A stretch of 64,000 nt of DNA from Deltaproteobacteria bacterium (GTDB taxonomy: Bacteria > Myxococcota_A > UBA9042), in assembly GCA_016875335.1 (NCBI GenBank), contig VGRO01000001.1:51724-115723 (forward strand), given 5' to 3'. Position numbers and translations under genes: made by a program. Position 1 is the first letter of the stretch. Every line of letters starts with the position of its first letter. Below the pieces are notes generated by a model. The model saw nothing but the letters and a program-made list of their open reading frames with translations. It did not search any database and was not told the origin of the DNA. Of this stretch, positions 39,984 to 49,077 are shown one piece after another.

Positions 39984-41282
39984 GTGGCGTTCCTTTTCAA
40001 GCTGCCGGATATCGGCGAGGGCGTGGTCGAGGGCGAGTTGACCAAGTGGCTGGTCGAGGACGGACAGGCCGTCGCCGAGGACACGCCGCTTTTCGAGGTG
40101 CTGACCGACAAAGTTTCGGCGGTCATTCCGAGCCCGCGCAAGGGCACAGTGGTGGTTCGGCATTTCAAGGAGGGCGACATGGTGCCGGTGGGCGCCGTGG
40201 TCGTGACCATCGACGAAGCCGCGGGTGCCACTCATCCCGCGCCGGAACCGGAATCGGCTCAAAAACCGCCCAAAACGGCCGCTCAGGCGTCCACGGTCAC
40301 AGCGACCCTGGTCCACCTGCCGCCTGTCGCGCAGCGCGCCCCCGACGAACGGGTGCGGGCCGCTCCGGCGACGCGCAAGCTGGCGCGCGAGATGGGCGTG
40401 GAACTGTTCGAGGTGCCCGGCACCGGCGAAGAGGGGCGCGTCACCCGCGACGACGTGATGGCCTGGGCGCAACGCGTGGCGCAAGGAACCAGCAAGCCGG
40501 CCGCAGCACCTGAACCTCCGCCATCCCCAGCGCAGCAACCGCCGACGTCGGCCAGGCCGGCACCCAAGCCCATCGAGCGCGGCCCGGACGAGTCCCGAGA
40601 ACGCCTCAAGGGTCTGCGCAAGCGCATCCACGCCAAGATGCGCGAGAGCAAGGACATCGCCGCCCATTTCACGTACGTGGACGAGGTCGATTTCACGGCA
40701 ATCAACGAGATGCGGACGGCCCTGGAGCGCTTTGGCGTCAGGGCCACGTTCCTGCCGTTCGTCCTCAAGGCGGTGTGTCTGGCGCTCAAGAAGCCGGAAT
40801 TTCGCTACCTGAACGCGAGCGTGGACGACGCCGCTGGCGAAATCGTGGTCAAGCACCGCTGCCACATCGGCGTCGCCGCGGCGACGGACGCGGGCCTGGT
40901 GGTGCCGGTGGTCAAGGACGCCGACCAGTTGTCGATGCGGCAGTTGGTGGACGAGGTCAAGCGCCTTGGCGAAGGTGCGCGCGACGGCAAGCTGGCGGCC
41001 GAGGACATGAGCGGGTCGACGTTCACGATCACCAGCCTGGGCAAGCTGGGCGGCATGTTTGCCACGCCCATCATCAACTACCCGGAGGCCGCGATCCTCG
41101 GGCTGCACAAGGTCGAGAAGCGGCCGGTGGTGGTGGGGGACCAGATCGTCATCCGCGAGCGCATGTACATGTCGTGCAGCTTTGACCACCGGCTGATCGA
41201 CGGCCACGTCGGCGCGGCCTTCGTGCAGGCGGTCAAGGGGTACCTGGAAGAGCCGGTGTCGATGATGGTCGAGTTGGTGTAG
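39984..41282 (+). CDS. Dihydrolipoamide acyltransferase E2
   Basis: LPDIGEG..TDK lipoyl domain, APATRKLARE..GTG..GRV, DHRLIDG. Confidence 0.96.
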   Translation: MAFLFKLPDIGEGVVEGELTKWLVEDGQAVAEDTPLFEVLTDKVSAVIPSPRKGTVVVRHFKEGDMVPVGAVVVTIDEAAGATHPAPEPESAQKPPKTAAQASTVTATLVHLPPVAQRAPDERVRAAPATRKLAREMGVELFEVPGTGEEGRVTRDDVMAWAQRVAQGTSKPAAAPEPPPSPAQQPPTSARPAPKPIERGPDESRERLKGLRKRIHAKMRESKDIAAHFTYVDEVDFTAINEMRTALERFGVRATFLPFVLKAVCLALKKPEFRYLNASVDDAAGEIVVKHRCHIGVAAATDAGLVVPVVKDADQLSMRQLVDEVKRLGEGARDGKLAAEDMSGSTFTITSLGKLGGMFATPIINYPEAAILGLHKVEKRPVVVGDQIVIRERMYMSCSFDHRLIDGHVGAAFVQAVKGYLEEPVSMMVELV

Positions 41283-41400
41283 GCGCTCGATCGCGCTGCC
41301 AGTCCAAGGGGCAGAGCGACCTTCGCCGCGACGCCGTTGCGATCCACATCAGGTCGGAAACCACAGCATTGTCAACGCCCTGAACAAAGCCCCCCTCCGT

Positions 41401-42183
41401 TCACACCCCGTCCCCCCGGCATTTCCAGACCGCCGCGCCGGAACCAGCCACGCCCAGCAGCAGCAGCGCTGCAAGTGCGCCCGGAATCTCGCCGGCCATG
41501 TTCGCCGCGGTCAACTCCTTGCCAGGCAGGGTCTGCACCAGCGTGCCGATGTACACCGACGGCGACAGCTTGGCAGCCAGGTCCACCCACTGCGCCATCA
41601 GCAGGTCCACGGCGACCAAGTAGCCGAGCCCAAGGCCCGTCGCCGCTTTGAACAGCGCGCCCATGCCCAGGAAGATTCCCGCGTAGGCAAAGCCGCCAAA
41701 CAGCGCCGCCAGCACCTGCCGCGTCATGTAGCCGACGTCGGGCGAATACAGCGTGCCCAGCATCAGCCCGGCCGTGCCCGCCATCATGGCGGCGCCCAGC
41801 GCACAGACCAGGATCGCCACCGCAAGCAGCCGGCCGATCGGCAATGCGACCGGCGCGCGCGGCTTGAGCAGCAAGAGCGGCAGCGCCCCTGCCTCGGCGT
41901 CGTCGCGAATGGCCGACACGCCCAGCCCCAGCGCACACAACGCCAGCGCCCGCATCGCAAAGTGCTGGTAGAACCGTCCGATGGTGCTGCTGTCGTCGAT
42001 CGACAGCCGCGCAAGTCCTGCGGCCGCCGCGACCGGCAGGGCCACCAGGAGCAAGTACGGCCACATGCGCCGCAGGGTCAAGGTGTTGCGCAGGTGCTGC
42101 GTCGCATGCAGGGCAATCGCCGCGCCCATCGACAAGCGGCCGGGCCACGACACGTCGGTCAAGCTGAAGGTCGCCTGCGTCAT
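41401..42183 (-). CDS. ABC-2 type permease
   Basis: About 6 TMs, IRDDAEAGALPLLLLKP. Confidence 0.82.
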   Translation of the reverse strand: MTQATFSLTDVSWPGRLSMGAAIALHATQHLRNTLTLRRMWPYLLLVALPVAAAAGLARLSIDDSSTIGRFYQHFAMRALALCALGLGVSAIRDDAEAGALPLLLLKPRAPVALPIGRLLAVAILVCALGAAMMAGTAGLMLGTLYSPDVGYMTRQVLAALFGGFAYAGIFLGMGALFKAATGLGLGYLVAVDLLMAQWVDLAAKLSPSVYIGTLVQTLPGKELTAANMAGEIPGALAALLLLGVAGSGAAVWKCRGDGV

Positions 42184-42185
42184 GG

Positions 42186-43145
42186 TCACCGCACCTCTGC
42201 GGCCAGTGCCGCGAAAAGACTGACGAGATCGTCGCCCTGGGTGTCCACACGTTCCACTGCCACGCCGCTGGCGAGCACCGCGTGCGGCAATGCCCGACAA
42301 AGAGCTTCCGCGTCGGCGGCCTGCACGGTCAGCACATCGTTGCCAGCCGAGTCGACGCGCACCAGCGTCACCGGGGCCTTCGCCAGCAATTCGCGGGCCA
42401 GTGAGCGGGCGTCGGAGCATGAAATCTTGAGCAGCGTCGCTTGGTTGTGTAGCAGGTCCCGGATGTCTTCCTGGTGGCCCGCGGCGACCAAGCGACCCTT
42501 GAACAGCAGCACCAGGTGGCTGGCCAGCGCCTCGACTTCCTCAAGGATGTGGCTCGACACCACCACGCACGCGCCCGCGGACGCGGCTTCGTGCATCAGC
42601 GCCGCCACCTCGCGACGCCACACGGGGTCCAGGGCATTGAGCGGCTCGTCCAGCAGCAAAAGGGTCGCGGGCAATGCGAACGCCTGGGCAATCTTGACCC
42701 GTTGGCGCTGACCGCGCGACAGCGTCTCCAACTTGGCGTCTTTCTTGGCGTCCAGGCCCAGGCGGTCGAGCATCTGACCGGCCCGCTGCCAAGCGTAGCT
42801 TGCGGGGCAACCGCTCAGCCGCAGCATGCCGGTCAGCCACTGCATCACAGTCAGTCGCCGCGGCATCTGGTCGTTGTCGGTACACAGGTTGACGCGGTTG
42901 TCCAAACCCGGGTCGCGACGGCCCAACTCGCCCAGCCAGCGCACCTGCCCGGAGCTTGGTGCAACCAGGCCGGCAGCGAGGTTGAGCCAGGTGGTCTTGC
43001 CGGCGCCGTTCGGCCCCAGCAGGCCCACCACCCCCGGCTGCAACTCGACCGAACAGTCGAGCAGTGCGACACGCGACCCAAAGGCCCGGGTCACGCGCTG
43101 GAATGCCACCACCGGCCGGGCCGTGGGGTGTGCGAAGGTGGCCAT
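42186..43145 (-). CDS. ABC transporter ATP-binding protein
   Basis: GPNGAGKT, LSRGQRQR, LLLDEP, SSH. Confidence 0.95.
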   Translation of the reverse strand: MATFAHPTARPVVAFQRVTRAFGSRVALLDCSVELQPGVVGLLGPNGAGKTTWLNLAAGLVAPSSGQVRWLGELGRRDPGLDNRVNLCTDNDQMPRRLTVMQWLTGMLRLSGCPASYAWQRAGQMLDRLGLDAKKDAKLETLSRGQRQRVKIAQAFALPATLLLLDEPLNALDPVWRREVAALMHEAASAGACVVVSSHILEEVEALASHLVLLFKGRLVAAGHQEDIRDLLHNQATLLKISCSDARSLARELLAKAPVTLVRVDSAGNDVLTVQAADAEALCRALPHAVLASGVAVERVDTQGDDLVSLFAALAAEVR

Positions 43146-44111
43146 CTACGATCGCCCCTTGCCCAGCGGCGGATTGGCCAAGAAGCGCTGCAGGGACCAC
43201 CAAGCACCAGCGGTCAGGGCGATCCACAGCACCAAGCCGCCAGCTGCCGCTACCGCATGGGTGTTCGGCGGCCGCGCCGGGTCGATCGGAAACGACAGCA
43301 GCACCCACGCCGCCGACATCGCATGGTGCAAGTCGAGCGCCCGCGCCGCCGACTCGCGGCCCCACGCGGCCTGCGCCACCCACGACGCGGCGGTGCTGCC
43401 CAAGATGACGCCGCCAAATGCCAGCGGCGCCGAACTCGGGTTTCGCACGATGGCGCCCGCCGCCAAAGCGACCAGCGACGCCATCGCTACGGCCGCCGCG
43501 GCCGACAGCGCCTGGCCCACCAGCAGGGCCAGCCACCACAGTGCGCCTGCCGCGCCCGGCAACGGGCACCCACCGGGCTGCAGCCCGTATTGCGACAGCA
43601 GCACGACGATGAGCAGCACCGCGGGAGCCAAGATCTGGCCCAGGCCACTCAGACACGCCGCGCCCCACCGCGCGAATAGGTAGTGGGGCCGCAACACCGG
43701 CCGCGAAAAGTACAACAACAACGCACCTTCGTGGGCGTCGCGGGCGATCTGCGGTGCCACCTGGGTCGCAAGGCCGACCAGCAGCAGCCCAGTGGTGATG
43801 AGACCATGATAGTGCAGCAGCGTCGCGACCCACTTGGCCTGATCAGCCACCGGCACGGCCAGGCCTTGGACATCGAACTTGGCGCGCACGATCGCGACGG
43901 CGGCCATCACAAGCGCCGACAGCACAAAAAACACGGCGAAAATCTTGGACTTGGTGGTGCGCCACTGGTCGCGCGCGAAGACAAGCAACAGCATCCGCAG
44001 ACGCTGGCTCTCGGCCACCCGCGCACCGGCGTGGCGCGCGTAACCGCCCGGCTCGAACACCACGGCGCCTTTTTGGCCCGGTGGCCGCGTGTTCAAGGTC
44101 GCCCCGTTCAC
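43146..44111 (-). CDS. ABC-2 type permease
   Basis: IARDAHEGALLLYFSRPV, multiple TMs. Confidence 0.82.
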   Translation of the reverse strand: MNGATLNTRPPGQKGAVVFEPGGYARHAGARVAESQRLRMLLLVFARDQWRTTKSKIFAVFFVLSALVMAAVAIVRAKFDVQGLAVPVADQAKWVATLLHYHGLITTGLLLVGLATQVAPQIARDAHEGALLLYFSRPVLRPHYLFARWGAACLSGLGQILAPAVLLIVVLLSQYGLQPGGCPLPGAAGALWWLALLVGQALSAAAAVAMASLVALAAGAIVRNPSSAPLAFGGVILGSTAASWVAQAAWGRESAARALDLHHAMSAAWVLLSFPIDPARPPNTHAVAAAGGLVLWIALTAGAWWSLQRFLANPPLGKGRS

Positions 44112-45103
44112 ATGGCCCCCTGTCGCTGTGCACCAGCTTGGCGGCGCAACGGATCGTCGATGCGCAGGTGGCGCACGAACGCCGAACCCATGTCCTCTTC
44201 GAGCGGACCGAAGGCCCGCACGCCTACGCCCGCGCCGACACACAGGCTCCACAGCATCGCAGCGGCGTCCGCCGGCGCCGAAACCACGACGCTGCGGCCC
44301 TCGACCTCGCACTCCAATCCCGCTGCGCGCACGGCGCTGGCCAAGTTTTGGGCGTCGCCGACCACGCGGATCTTCCACCGCGATCCAGTGCCCGACTTGA
44401 ACCCCGCGACCGTGCCGTTGTAGCCGACCTGGCCGCGAGACAGCAGCACGACGTGGTCACAGACCGCCTCGACATCGGGCAACACGTGCGTGCTCAACAC
44501 CACGGCGACCCCGGCGGCGGCGATCTCGGCGACCAAGTCCAGCATCTGCTGGCGACCCTCGGGGTCGAGCCCGGCGGTCGGTTCGTCGAGGATCAACAGC
44601 TCGGGGCCGTGCGCCATCGCCATCGCCAGTCGCAGCCGTTGGCGCATGCCCAGCGAATACGACGCGCCGAGCCGATAGCGCGCGTCGGCCAAGCCGCACA
44701 GATCGAGGGCCTGGTGGGCCCGGCTGCGCGCGTCCGTCGCGGACAGGCCGCTGAGCTGCGCGGCGTGCACCACCTGTTCGATGCCGTTGAGCCCCGGAAA
44801 AAGGCTATCGTCTTCAGGCATGTAGCCCACGCGCGCCAGCACATCGAGGGTGTGGTCGGGCATGGCGCGACCGAGCACGTCCACCGTGCCGCTGTCCGGG
44901 ATTTCCAGGCCGAGCAGCAAGCGGAAAAGCGTGGACTTGCCCGCGCCATTGGGCCCGAGCAGACCGACCGCGCCCTTGGGCAGGTCTAGTTCAACGTCGC
45001 GCAGCGCGATCAACTCGTCGTAGGTCTTGGTCACGCCGCGCAACGCTGCCACCGGTTCGGTGGCGGGCGGCGGTGGGGCAGCATCGGCGGGCGGCGTCGG
45101 CAC
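44108..45103 (-). CDS. ABC transporter ATP-binding protein
   Basis: GPNGAGKST, YSLGMRQR, LILDEP, STH. Confidence 0.95.
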   Translation of the reverse strand: MPTPPADAAPPPPATEPVAALRGVTKTYDELIALRDVELDLPKGAVGLLGPNGAGKSTLFRLLLGLEIPDSGTVDVLGRAMPDHTLDVLARVGYMPEDDSLFPGLNGIEQVVHAAQLSGLSATDARSRAHQALDLCGLADARYRLGASYSLGMRQRLRLAMAMAHGPELLILDEPTAGLDPEGRQQMLDLVAEIAAAGVAVVLSTHVLPDVEAVCDHVVLLSRGQVGYNGTVAGFKSGTGSRWKIRVVGDAQNLASAVRAAGLECEVEGRSVVVSAPADAAAMLWSLCVGAGVGVRAFGPLEEDMGSAFVRHLRIDDPLRRQAGAQRQGAM

Positions 45104-45181
45104 GCGGCGATGGTGCCACTGGCCGGCGCAAAGCGGAAGGCCGGATTGCCGGCGCGCCGCGCCCCTCGGTATCCTGGGCCC

Positions 45182-45955
45182 ATGAAGCCCCTCGCCCTGT
45201 CTGCCCTTGTCCTTGTCGTCGCCTGTGCAGAGGCGCCTGTGCCTGCGGCTGTCGATGCGGGCGCCGATGTGTTCGTCCCGCCTGGCTTCGGTCGATCTTG
45301 CGAACCAGCAACCGGCTGCGCCAAGGGTTTGCTCTGCCTGAAAAGCGACTATTCGGTCAAGCCGTTCTGCACGGCCCACTGCCCGAGCGCCCAGGTCAAG
45401 GACTATTGCAAGCAGTCGGAGTTGGCCGGCGCCGCCGCCTTGTGCGTGCAGATGCCCAAGGAGTTCCAGGGACCCAAGGATCCGCTGTGCCTGCCCTTGT
45501 GCGGCAATCTCGCCGAGTGCCTCACCGCCAACCCCGACTGGGAGGTCTGCGCCAAGCCGAGCTACAAGAACCAGCTTCTTTTCAACGATTTGCCGACCAA
45601 GGCCTGCCAGAGTCCGAGCGCGCACGGCCAAATCCAGGTCGACCCGGTGCTGTGCGACTGGCAGGACAAGGCCGCCGCGCTGCCGCAGTTCGCCGAAGCC
45701 AAGCAGGCGTGCCTCGCCGTGTGCAAGAGCATCTTGAAATCATGCCAACTGTGGCCCAAGGGCAAGTCCGAAGACTGCTGCGGCTGGGCGTGCTTCCAAT
45801 GGCTGACTCCGGGCGGCAAGCTCGACAACAAACGGCTGTCGGGCACGATCAAATGCCTCAACACCGCGTATGCGGCCTTCTTGGGCACACCCCAAGTCTG
45901 CACCGGCTGGAAAGAACAGTGCGGCGAACTGCCTGCCTGGGTGCAGGCGCCGTAG
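45182..45955 (+). CDS. Cys-rich lipoprotein
   Basis: VVAC lipobox; 23 Cys in about 257 aa. Confidence 0.85.
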   Translation: MKPLALSALVLVVACAEAPVPAAVDAGADVFVPPGFGRSCEPATGCAKGLLCLKSDYSVKPFCTAHCPSAQVKDYCKQSELAGAAALCVQMPKEFQGPKDPLCLPLCGNLAECLTANPDWEVCAKPSYKNQLLFNDLPTKACQSPSAHGQIQVDPVLCDWQDKAAALPQFAEAKQACLAVCKSILKSCQLWPKGKSEDCCGWACFQWLTPGGKLDNKRLSGTIKCLNTAYAAFLGTPQVCTGWKEQCGELPAWVQAP

Positions 45956-46080
45956 TTCCGTGCGGGTGCGGCGAAAAACTTGCGCAACGGACAGCGCAGT
46001 TACAATGGGACTGGGCACGAATCCGCGGCCGGTCTGCGCGTTGTGCCCGGCGTGCCACCATGGGCACCGAAGAGGCTGCG

Positions 46081-46701
46081 ATGTTCTCCACCCTGCGCAC
46101 CTGGACCGCCGCGGCGGTTGTCCTGGCGCTGACCCTGGCCGCGCCCGCCCAGGCCGTCGAGGTCTACCTGAACGGTGTGCGCATCAGTTCGCTCAAGAAC
46201 GCGGAATTGCTGCACTGCTCGGTCAAGTTCGACGTCAACGGCGACGTGCACATCCTGTCGCCCGGCTATCGCATCGAACAGGGACCGGACGGTGGCCAAA
46301 AGGTCGCCGGCCAGAGCGACTACGAGAAAGCCAGGACGCCTCAAGCCAAGACCAAGATGCGCTATGTGCTTGCGTACGAGCCCAACCCCAAGGTCAACTT
46401 CGCGTTCGAGGTGTGGGTCAACGGCAAGCTTTTCCAGAAGATTGGGCTGGAGTCCGCCAAGTTCACCATCGAACTGACCCAGGACCTCACCGTCGGCGGC
46501 AACGTGGTGCGCATCGTCGCCAAGCCCGGCGATGCGCCTCCCGGCGGCAGCGAAGCCGACATCACGGCGTTGCGCATCTATCGTGGCGAGGCGACCGGTG
46601 ACGGCACCTTCCGTGCCAAGGCGCCCGCTGTGTGGGAACTGGTGCGATCGGCCATCGACCGCAACCCGCTCGACCGCTCGTACACGGTCTACGCTGAGTA
46701 G
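46081..46701 (+). CDS. Secreted hypothetical beta-rich protein
   Basis: Signal peptide ending AQA-V; VYLNGV; strong GC3 codon bias. Confidence 0.8.
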   Translation: MFSTLRTWTAAAVVLALTLAAPAQAVEVYLNGVRISSLKNAELLHCSVKFDVNGDVHILSPGYRIEQGPDGGQKVAGQSDYEKARTPQAKTKMRYVLAYEPNPKVNFAFEVWVNGKLFQKIGLESAKFTIELTQDLTVGGNVVRIVAKPGDAPPGGSEADITALRIYRGEATGDGTFRAKAPAVWELVRSAIDRNPLDRSYTVYAE

Positions 46702-46710
46702 TCGGCCCGC

Positions 46711-47745
46711 GTGTCCACTGACCGCGGCCGTTTCGGAGCTGGCGACGGCCAGTTGCGCGATGCCGTGCGCGCCCGCGCAGTGGTCCTGCGCGCCATCCGT
46801 CAGTTCTTCGATCGCCGCGGGTTCCTGGAAGTCGATCCGCCCCAAGTCGCGACCAGCCCTGGCCTCGAGGTGCACCTCGACGCCATGCGGGTGGACCTGC
46901 GCGCCGGCATGGGCGGCCGGCCTGTGGTCCGGTACCTGACCACCAGCCCCGAATACTATTGCAAGCGCCTGCTTTCCGCGGGTTTCGAGCGCATCTATGC
47001 GTTGCAGCACGCCTTCCGCTCCGGCGAGTCGGGGGCGCACCACAACCCCGAGTTCATGATGCTGGAGTGGTACCGAGCGGGCGCGGGGTGGCGGCACATC
47101 GCGGCCGACGTGCGCGCTCTGCTCGGCCATTGCGCCAGCGCCCTGCGCGCGGCCGGGTTCGACGGCGCGTGCGGCGAGCGGTCGCGCTACGATCCGCAGC
47201 AGCCTTGGACGAGGCTCGGCGTCCGCGCGGCGCTGCGCCGTTGGGCCGGTTTCGACCCCATCGGCCCGCCAGACCGCGTCCTCGCGCGGGCGCGAAGGGC
47301 TGGCGTCGAGGTGCGCGCTGGCGACACGGTGGCCGATGTGCTGGTACAGGCGCTGGTAGAACGCGTCGAACCTCGCCTGCGCGACCTGCCGGTGGTCGTG
47401 TTGGCGCCTTGGCCCGCGGTGTTGGCCTCGCTGGCCCGCCCGGTGCCCGGGCGACCGGAGTTGGCCGAGCGATTCGAGGTCTATCTGCGCGGCGTGGAAC
47501 TGGCGAACGGCTTTGGCGAACTTACCGATGCGGGCGAGCAGCGCCGGCGCTTCGAACAGGACCTCGCAGATCGGCAGCGCCTGGGCAAGCCCGCGTATCC
47601 CATGGACGAGCGCTTCCTTGCGGCGCTGGCCGACGGCATGCCGCCCGCCTCTGGGGTCGCCCTGGGCGTGGATCGGATGCTGATGGCGCTACTAGGCCTG
47701 GGGAACGTCCGCGGCGTCATGGCCTTTCCGTTCGACCAGGCTTGA
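46711..47745 (+). CDS. epmA: EF-P lysine aminoacylase EpmA/GenX
   Basis: YLTTSPE, FRSGE...HNPEFMMLEWYR, ERFEVY, ELANGFGEL, GVALGVDR; no anticodon domain. Confidence 0.93.
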   Translation: MSTDRGRFGAGDGQLRDAVRARAVVLRAIRQFFDRRGFLEVDPPQVATSPGLEVHLDAMRVDLRAGMGGRPVVRYLTTSPEYYCKRLLSAGFERIYALQHAFRSGESGAHHNPEFMMLEWYRAGAGWRHIAADVRALLGHCASALRAAGFDGACGERSRYDPQQPWTRLGVRAALRRWAGFDPIGPPDRVLARARRAGVEVRAGDTVADVLVQALVERVEPRLRDLPVVVLAPWPAVLASLARPVPGRPELAERFEVYLRGVELANGFGELTDAGEQRRRFEQDLADRQRLGKPAYPMDERFLAALADGMPPASGVALGVDRMLMALLGLGNVRGVMAFPFDQA

Positions 47746-47752
47746 CGTGGGG

Positions 47753-47781
47753 TTGACCGTGGCGGCGCGCGGGCCTACAAT
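47753..47781 (+). promoter_or_regulatory. sigma70-type promoter of rpsT
   Basis: TTGACC-17 nt-TACAAT. Confidence 0.7.
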
Positions 47782-47904
47782 GCTCGGCCTTGCGCGGCGG
47801 CCCATGTGCAGTCGCCGCTGCCATTTTTGGCGAGATTTCAACGCAGTCCGAACTCCGCCGTGCGACCAAGCTGCCTTGCCGGCAGCCTGACCTCAGAGGA
47901 TCCA

Positions 47905-48159
47905 GTGGCCAACCACACCAGCGCCCTCAAACGGGCCAAGCAGAACGAGAAAACCCGCGAGCGCAACCGCGCTGGCCGCGCCGCCAACCGCACCGCCGTG
48001 CGCAAGTTCGAGGCTGCCGTCGACAACGGTCAGGGCGCCGCGCAGCTTCCGGTCTTGATGGCGCAGCTGGCCGGCAGCGCGGCAAAGGGCACCATCCCCA
48101 AGAAGCGGGCCTCGCGCAAGATCGCGCGCATGGCCAAGCTGCTGTCGCACAACGCCTAG
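47905..48159 (+). CDS. rpsT: 30S ribosomal protein S20
   Basis: ANHTSALKRAKQNEK..RN, KGTIPKKRASRKIAR; GAGGA RBS before GTG. Confidence 0.95.
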   Translation: MANHTSALKRAKQNEKTRERNRAGRAANRTAVRKFEAAVDNGQGAAQLPVLMAQLAGSAAKGTIPKKRASRKIARMAKLLSHNA

Positions 48160-48294
48160 CCGATCGCCGTTGCCCCGACCGCTCGCAGGGCGGAGCGCGG
48201 ACCCACGATTGCCGCGGCTGCTGCGTCTCGAACGGTTCGGCCCAATGGCGTGCGCGGCACCGCTTGCCGCGGTGGAAGCGCCAGCGAGGATGCC

Positions 48295-49050
48295 ATGGGT
48301 TTTCTCGACAGTGCGCCCCTCGGTGCCAACGCCGACGTGCTGCGGGCCAAGGTGCGCAAGGCGCCGGCCGGCTTGGAGATCGCCACCTATTGGCAGTCGG
48401 TCGCTCAGGCCACGACCGATCCGCAGCGGCGCTTGCTGAGCTACATGGTGGCGGCGCTGCTGGCCCGCGGCTGGATGCTGCCGGTCGACCGCGTCCTGGA
48501 GTCGGCGGCGGAGACGTTGGGCGAAGCGCCTGCGCAAGTCCAGGCCGAGTTTGACGCCCTGGTGGCGTTGGACCTCGTGACACTGGACGGCCCCAAGATC
48601 GCGACCTTGGCCGGGCTGCTGACGACACGCCCGGGTTCCCTGGTCTTCAAGTACGACTCCCAGCACGAAGTCGGGCTGGTGGGGCCGCTTGCGGCGCTGG
48701 CGGTGGGCCGGGCGCTGCAAAAGACCGGCGCAGTGCGCGCCAGTTGTGCCGAAGACAAGGCCATCAAGCTGACCTTGCAAGTGGACAAGGACGGCGTCGC
48801 CTCGCGCGATCCAGACGGCATCTGTGCGTTCCTGCCGGCCTGGAACGGCCAGCTTGTGCCTACGGAGGCGACGGCGGGCGGGGTGCTGTTGCGGGACGAC
48901 GATGCGCTCGGCCGCTGGCAGGAATCGGCCGGCGAGCCAGATGGCATGCCGCTGACGTCGCTTTTCTTTCCCATGGCCGCTGCGGACCTCGCCGGCCAGG
49001 TGGGCGCAGCCTTGGAGTCGGTGCTCAACCACCTGCCCGACTTCGACTGA
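48295..49050 (+). CDS. MerB (organomercurial lyase)-fold-like protein lacking catalytic residues
   Basis: N-terminal HTH-like region; ALQKTGAVRASCA..IKLTLQVDKDGVASRDP parallels the MerB core. Confidence 0.5.
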   Translation: MGFLDSAPLGANADVLRAKVRKAPAGLEIATYWQSVAQATTDPQRRLLSYMVAALLARGWMLPVDRVLESAAETLGEAPAQVQAEFDALVALDLVTLDGPKIATLAGLLTTRPGSLVFKYDSQHEVGLVGPLAALAVGRALQKTGAVRASCAEDKAIKLTLQVDKDGVASRDPDGICAFLPAWNGQLVPTEATAGGVLLRDDDALGRWQESAGEPDGMPLTSLFFPMAAADLAGQVGAALESVLNHLPDFD

Positions 49051-49077
49051 CCGCGGCCTGCGCGACTTGCGCCAAGG

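Noticed and set aside
41372-41396. Possible 19th repeat copy TCAACGCCCTGAACAAAG between convergent genes
   Set aside because: It lacks the AAT-polyG tail, so it was not counted; it may be a decayed copy
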